From an uncultured Chloroflexia bacterium (GTDB lineage: Bacteria > Chloroflexota > Limnocylindria > Limnocylindrales > CSP1-4), in contig CAVRVI010000005.1 of the NCBI GenBank assembly GCA_963724635.1, positions 41,040 through 105,039 of the forward strand: a DNA stretch of 64,000 nucleotides. The letters are read 5' to 3'. The translations under genes and the position numbers were made by a program. Below are positions 61,409 through 64,000 of this stretch, in pieces. Every line of letters starts with the position of its first letter. Positions within the stretch are counted from its first letter, which is position 1. Under the pieces are notes generated by a model. It was not told the origin of the DNA, searched no databases, and was given only the letters and a program-made list of their open reading frames with translations.

Positions 61409-61822
61409 GTGGCGATCCTGCTCGACGGTTCCGCGGTCCTGGCAGCCGCCGACCGCGCCGATCTCAACCACGAGGCCGCGGTCGCCTGGTTCGCCCGGGC
61501 CGATGAGCCGTTGCTTCTGGGTGCGCTGACCCTGGGTGAGCTCGACATCCTCCTTCAGCGCGAGCTGGGTCCGGCCGCCACCCTGGCGGTCCTCCGGACC
61601 ATCGCCGATGGGGCGGTCCGGGTCGTCGCTCCGACCCATGTCGATCTGGCCCGCGCGGCGGAGCTGTTGACGGAGGCCGCCGAGCATCGGCCCCGGCTGG
61701 TCGATGCCGTCGGGGTCGCGATCGCCGAGCGTCTCGGCGTCCGCCGATTCGCGACGTTCGACCGCCGACCGATCGCGATCTTCCGGCCCCGCCACGTACG
61801 GGCGTTCGACCTGGAGCCCTGA
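61409..61822 (+). CDS. vapC: PIN-domain toxin (VapC-like)
   Basis: The GTG start lies 19 nt after vapB. The first acidic residue is in VAILLDGSAV, and further conserved Asp/Glu residues follow. The protein is about 137 aa. Confidence 0.65.
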   Translation: MAILLDGSAVLAAADRADLNHEAAVAWFARADEPLLLGALTLGELDILLQRELGPAATLAVLRTIADGAVRVVAPTHVDLARAAELLTEAAEHRPRLVDAVGVAIAERLGVRRFATFDRRPIAIFRPRHVRAFDLEP

Positions 61823-61934
61823 CCCGAGCGCACGACGGTTCGTGGCCCGGCCGGTAGGCTTGGGGCGTGACCAGCCAGCTCATCGACGGGGGAGGTCGGC
61901 GTCGCACGCCGGCCATGCCGACCGTCCTGACCCC

Positions 61935-62900
61935 GTGACCCCATCCTCCACGCCGCACCGGCGCCGGCGACGGATCGTCGCCGGGGTGCTCGTGCTCACG
62001 ATCCTCGGTCTGGCCGTCGGGACGTTCGCGATCGCGACGGACACGCTCGGGGCGGGGCAGAAGTGGGAGTCCCTGCTGTCGCGGGTCGACCGCTTCCTGG
62101 CGGGGCCGGTGCCTGACCGACCCGCGCCGGTCACGGTCCTGGTCACGGAACCGCCGCTCGTCGAGACCACGCTCACGCCCGCGCCGACCGTGCCCGCATC
62201 GCGTGCGCCCGGCGGGAGCCTGGCACCGACCGACGCCCCGACCGCCACTCCGACCGCGACCCCGACGCCCGCGCGCGAACCGGTCGACATCGATATCGCC
62301 GCCGACCCGGAAGCCGTCTTCGCCCACGAGATCCACAAGGACTGGTGTGCCGTTGCGGGCACGCAGATGGTCCTGGCGATCCACGGCGTCGCCGACACCT
62401 CGGATGCCGTGCAGAAGGACATCGCCGGTCGGATCCGCGAATGGGAGTCGAAGGCCGACAGCCGCAACGGCGAATGGGGTCCGGCCGCGATGGCGCTCGC
62501 CCTCGACGCGTATGGCGTGCCCGGCTACGAAGTCCGAGCCTTCGAGACCCGCCAGGGTGCGCTCCGTGACGCGGCCCGGACCATCCAGTCGACGGGGGCT
62601 CCGGTCATCCTGCTCGCCTGGCGGGGGGCACACACCTGGGTCATGACCGGGTTCCGTGCGGACGCGGACCCGAGTGTCTTCCGCGACGCGCACATCGACG
62701 GTGCGTACATCCTGGACCCGTGGTATCCGTGGGTCTCCTCGATCTGGGGGCCGTCCGATCCGCCCGGCGCGTTCCAGGACCAGGCGGAGATGGAACGCAA
62801 CTTCCTGCGCTGGAAGCGCCCGGAGGGGAAGTACCCGGACCGCGACGACTTGTTCATCACAGTCGCCCCGACGCTCCCGATCGCGACGGCGGCCGGCTAG
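61935..62900 (+). CDS. Membrane-anchored secreted hypothetical protein (TM helix + Pro/Thr linker + globular domain)
   Basis: The GTG start was chosen where RRRRIVAGVLVLTILGLAVG begins. The linker TPAPTVPASRAPGGSLAPTDAPTATPTATPTP follows. The C-terminal domain of about 200 aa has no recognised family. Confidence 0.45.
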   Translation: MTPSSTPHRRRRRIVAGVLVLTILGLAVGTFAIATDTLGAGQKWESLLSRVDRFLAGPVPDRPAPVTVLVTEPPLVETTLTPAPTVPASRAPGGSLAPTDAPTATPTATPTPAREPVDIDIAADPEAVFAHEIHKDWCAVAGTQMVLAIHGVADTSDAVQKDIAGRIREWESKADSRNGEWGPAAMALALDAYGVPGYEVRAFETRQGALRDAARTIQSTGAPVILLAWRGAHTWVMTGFRADADPSVFRDAHIDGAYILDPWYPWVSSIWGPSDPPGAFQDQAEMERNFLRWKRPEGKYPDRDDLFITVAPTLPIATAAG

Positions 62901-62907
62901 CGAGGGA

Positions 62908-64000
62908 TCAGGTCGCGACGACCACGCGCCCGATCGATCGCGCCCGCGGGACAAGGAACATGACGAGCAACGCGGTCTTGACCGCGACCCCTGCGGCATA
63001 GCCGAGCGGGATCGCCAAGATCCCGACGGTCGGGGCGATCAGGGTCGAGACGACGAGGATCACCCCGAACCCCGCGAAGGAGGCGGCGACCTGGCGCTTC
63101 GTGTCGTGTGTCGCGTACAGCCCGCGCGACAGCGGGTAGGCGAGGGCATCGAACGGCACCGACAGGGCGAAGGCCCGGACCACGGACGTGGTGGTCGCCA
63201 CATCCTCGGTATCGAAGCGACCGCCGCCCAGCAGCACGCTGACGAGCAGCTCGGCGCCCAGGAACAGCACGATGGCGGCCAGCGTCGTCAGGACTCCGAT
63301 GGTCAGCACGTTGCGCCGCAGGACCGCGTGGAACGTGGCCCGGTCGGAATCGGCGAAGGCGACGGACAGCACCGGGAAGACCGCGAGCGAGAACGACACG
63401 CCGATCAGGCTGACCGGCACGACCTGGTAGTCGGCCGCGAAGTTCACGGCGCTGACACTGCCCACGGCCAGCGTCGAAGCCAGGATCGTGAAGTACGTGA
63501 AGGTCAGTGGCTCGATCGGGTGGCTGAGCATCCGCGGGATCATGAGCCGGATGAACTCGCGGAAGGCCGGCGTTCGGATGGACTTGGCCACCCCGATCCG
63601 GAACGTGGTGTGACGGAGGCCGAGGAGCCGGATCGTGACGTGGGCCAACGCCCCCGCGACCGCGCCGACGGCCGAGGCGACGACCCCGAACCGGTCGGCG
63701 AAGAGGACGGTGCCCACGACGATCCCGGTCGTGTACAGGATCGGCGCCAGCGCGTAGTACAGGAACTGGCGGTTGGCGACGAGGACCTCGCCGATGCAGA
63801 TCGAGGCAGCGAACAGGATCTGGGCGAGGCAGTTGATCCGGAGCAGCTCGATGTACAGCTCCTGGGTGGCGGGATCGAAGCCGGCGCCGACCCGTGGGGC
63901 GAGCCACGGGGCGATCACGAACAGGATCGTGCTGGCGATGGCCATGACCACGACCGCAGCCGTCAGCACGGTCCGCCCGAAATCGTTGGCGGCGTGGTCG
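62908..64000 (-). CDS. murJ: Lipid II flippase MurJ/MviN, 3' portion (gene continues beyond window end)
   Basis: Multi-TM MOP-superfamily protein containing LRINCLAQILFAAS...FAVFPVLS. The ORF remains open at 64000. Confidence 0.75.
   Translation of the reverse strand, partial: DHAANDFGRTVLTAAVVVMAIASTILFVIAPWLAPRVGAGFDPATQELYIELLRINCLAQILFAASICIGEVLVANRQFLYYALAPILYTTGIVVGTVLFADRFGVVASAVGAVAGALAHVTIRLLGLRHTTFRIGVAKSIRTPAFREFIRLMIPRMLSHPIEPLTFTYFTILASTLAVGSVSAVNFAADYQVVPVSLIGVSFSLAVFPVLSVAFADSDRATFHAVLRRNVLTIGVLTTLAAIVLFLGAELLVSVLLGGGRFDTEDVATTTSVVRAFALSVPFDALAYPLSRGLYATHDTKRQVAASFAGFGVILVVSTLIAPTVGILAIPLGYAAGVAVKTALLVMFLVPRARSIGRVVVAT

Noticed and set aside
1-64000. CRISPR arrays, IS elements, rRNA genes
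   Set aside because: No regularly spaced short direct repeats were seen. No transposase, integrase or rRNA-like sequence was seen. The only tandem repeat is the coding 108-bp duplication at 44814.

Overview
This is a high-GC (about 70%) bacterial chromosomal segment. The gene content looks actinobacterial (fhaA-fhaB-rodA-pbpA division cluster, tig-clpP-clpX-valS, xfp-ackA); Chloroflexota cannot be excluded. There are no transposases, integrases, CRISPR arrays or rRNA genes. Main blocks, left to right: (1) 0.9-13.6 kb holds two paralogous cassettes, each with a choline/ethanolamine-kinase-like phosphotransferase, a calcineurin-like metallophosphoesterase and an FAD-oxidase/GcvT fusion (dimethylglycine-oxidase-like). 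They are flanked by a SAM methyltransferase, an APC permease and an IMPase-family phosphatase. (2) 14.0-18.9 kb is an acetate/acetyl-CoA node: a CoA-transferase, phosphoketolase and acetate kinase. (3) A universal stress protein gene. (4) A polyamine-type ABC importer with a class III aminotransferase. (5) mrp/apbC. (6) A zinc-ribbon/cyclase/STAND ATPase with an MBL hydrolase and a Crp regulator. (7) cinA. (8) A holin-X-like gene with a DUF3618 gene. (9) tRNA-Leu(UAG), tig, clpP, clpX. (10) A T-box leader and valS. (11) A neighbourhood of zinc-ribbon proteins. (12) fhaA-fhaB-rodA-pbpA. (13) A glycogen debranching enzyme gene divergent from a MoxR-DUF58-transglutaminase triad. (14) A serine biosynthesis pair (class V aminotransferase and serA), vapBC, and a partial murJ. 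One striking property is clear from the sequence. More than 25 single-nucleotide frame changes, mostly +1 insertions in G/C runs, are concentrated in conserved genes between 2.8 and 16.5 kb. The rest of the window is almost clean. This suggests localised assembly or homopolymer error, or less likely a decaying metabolic island.
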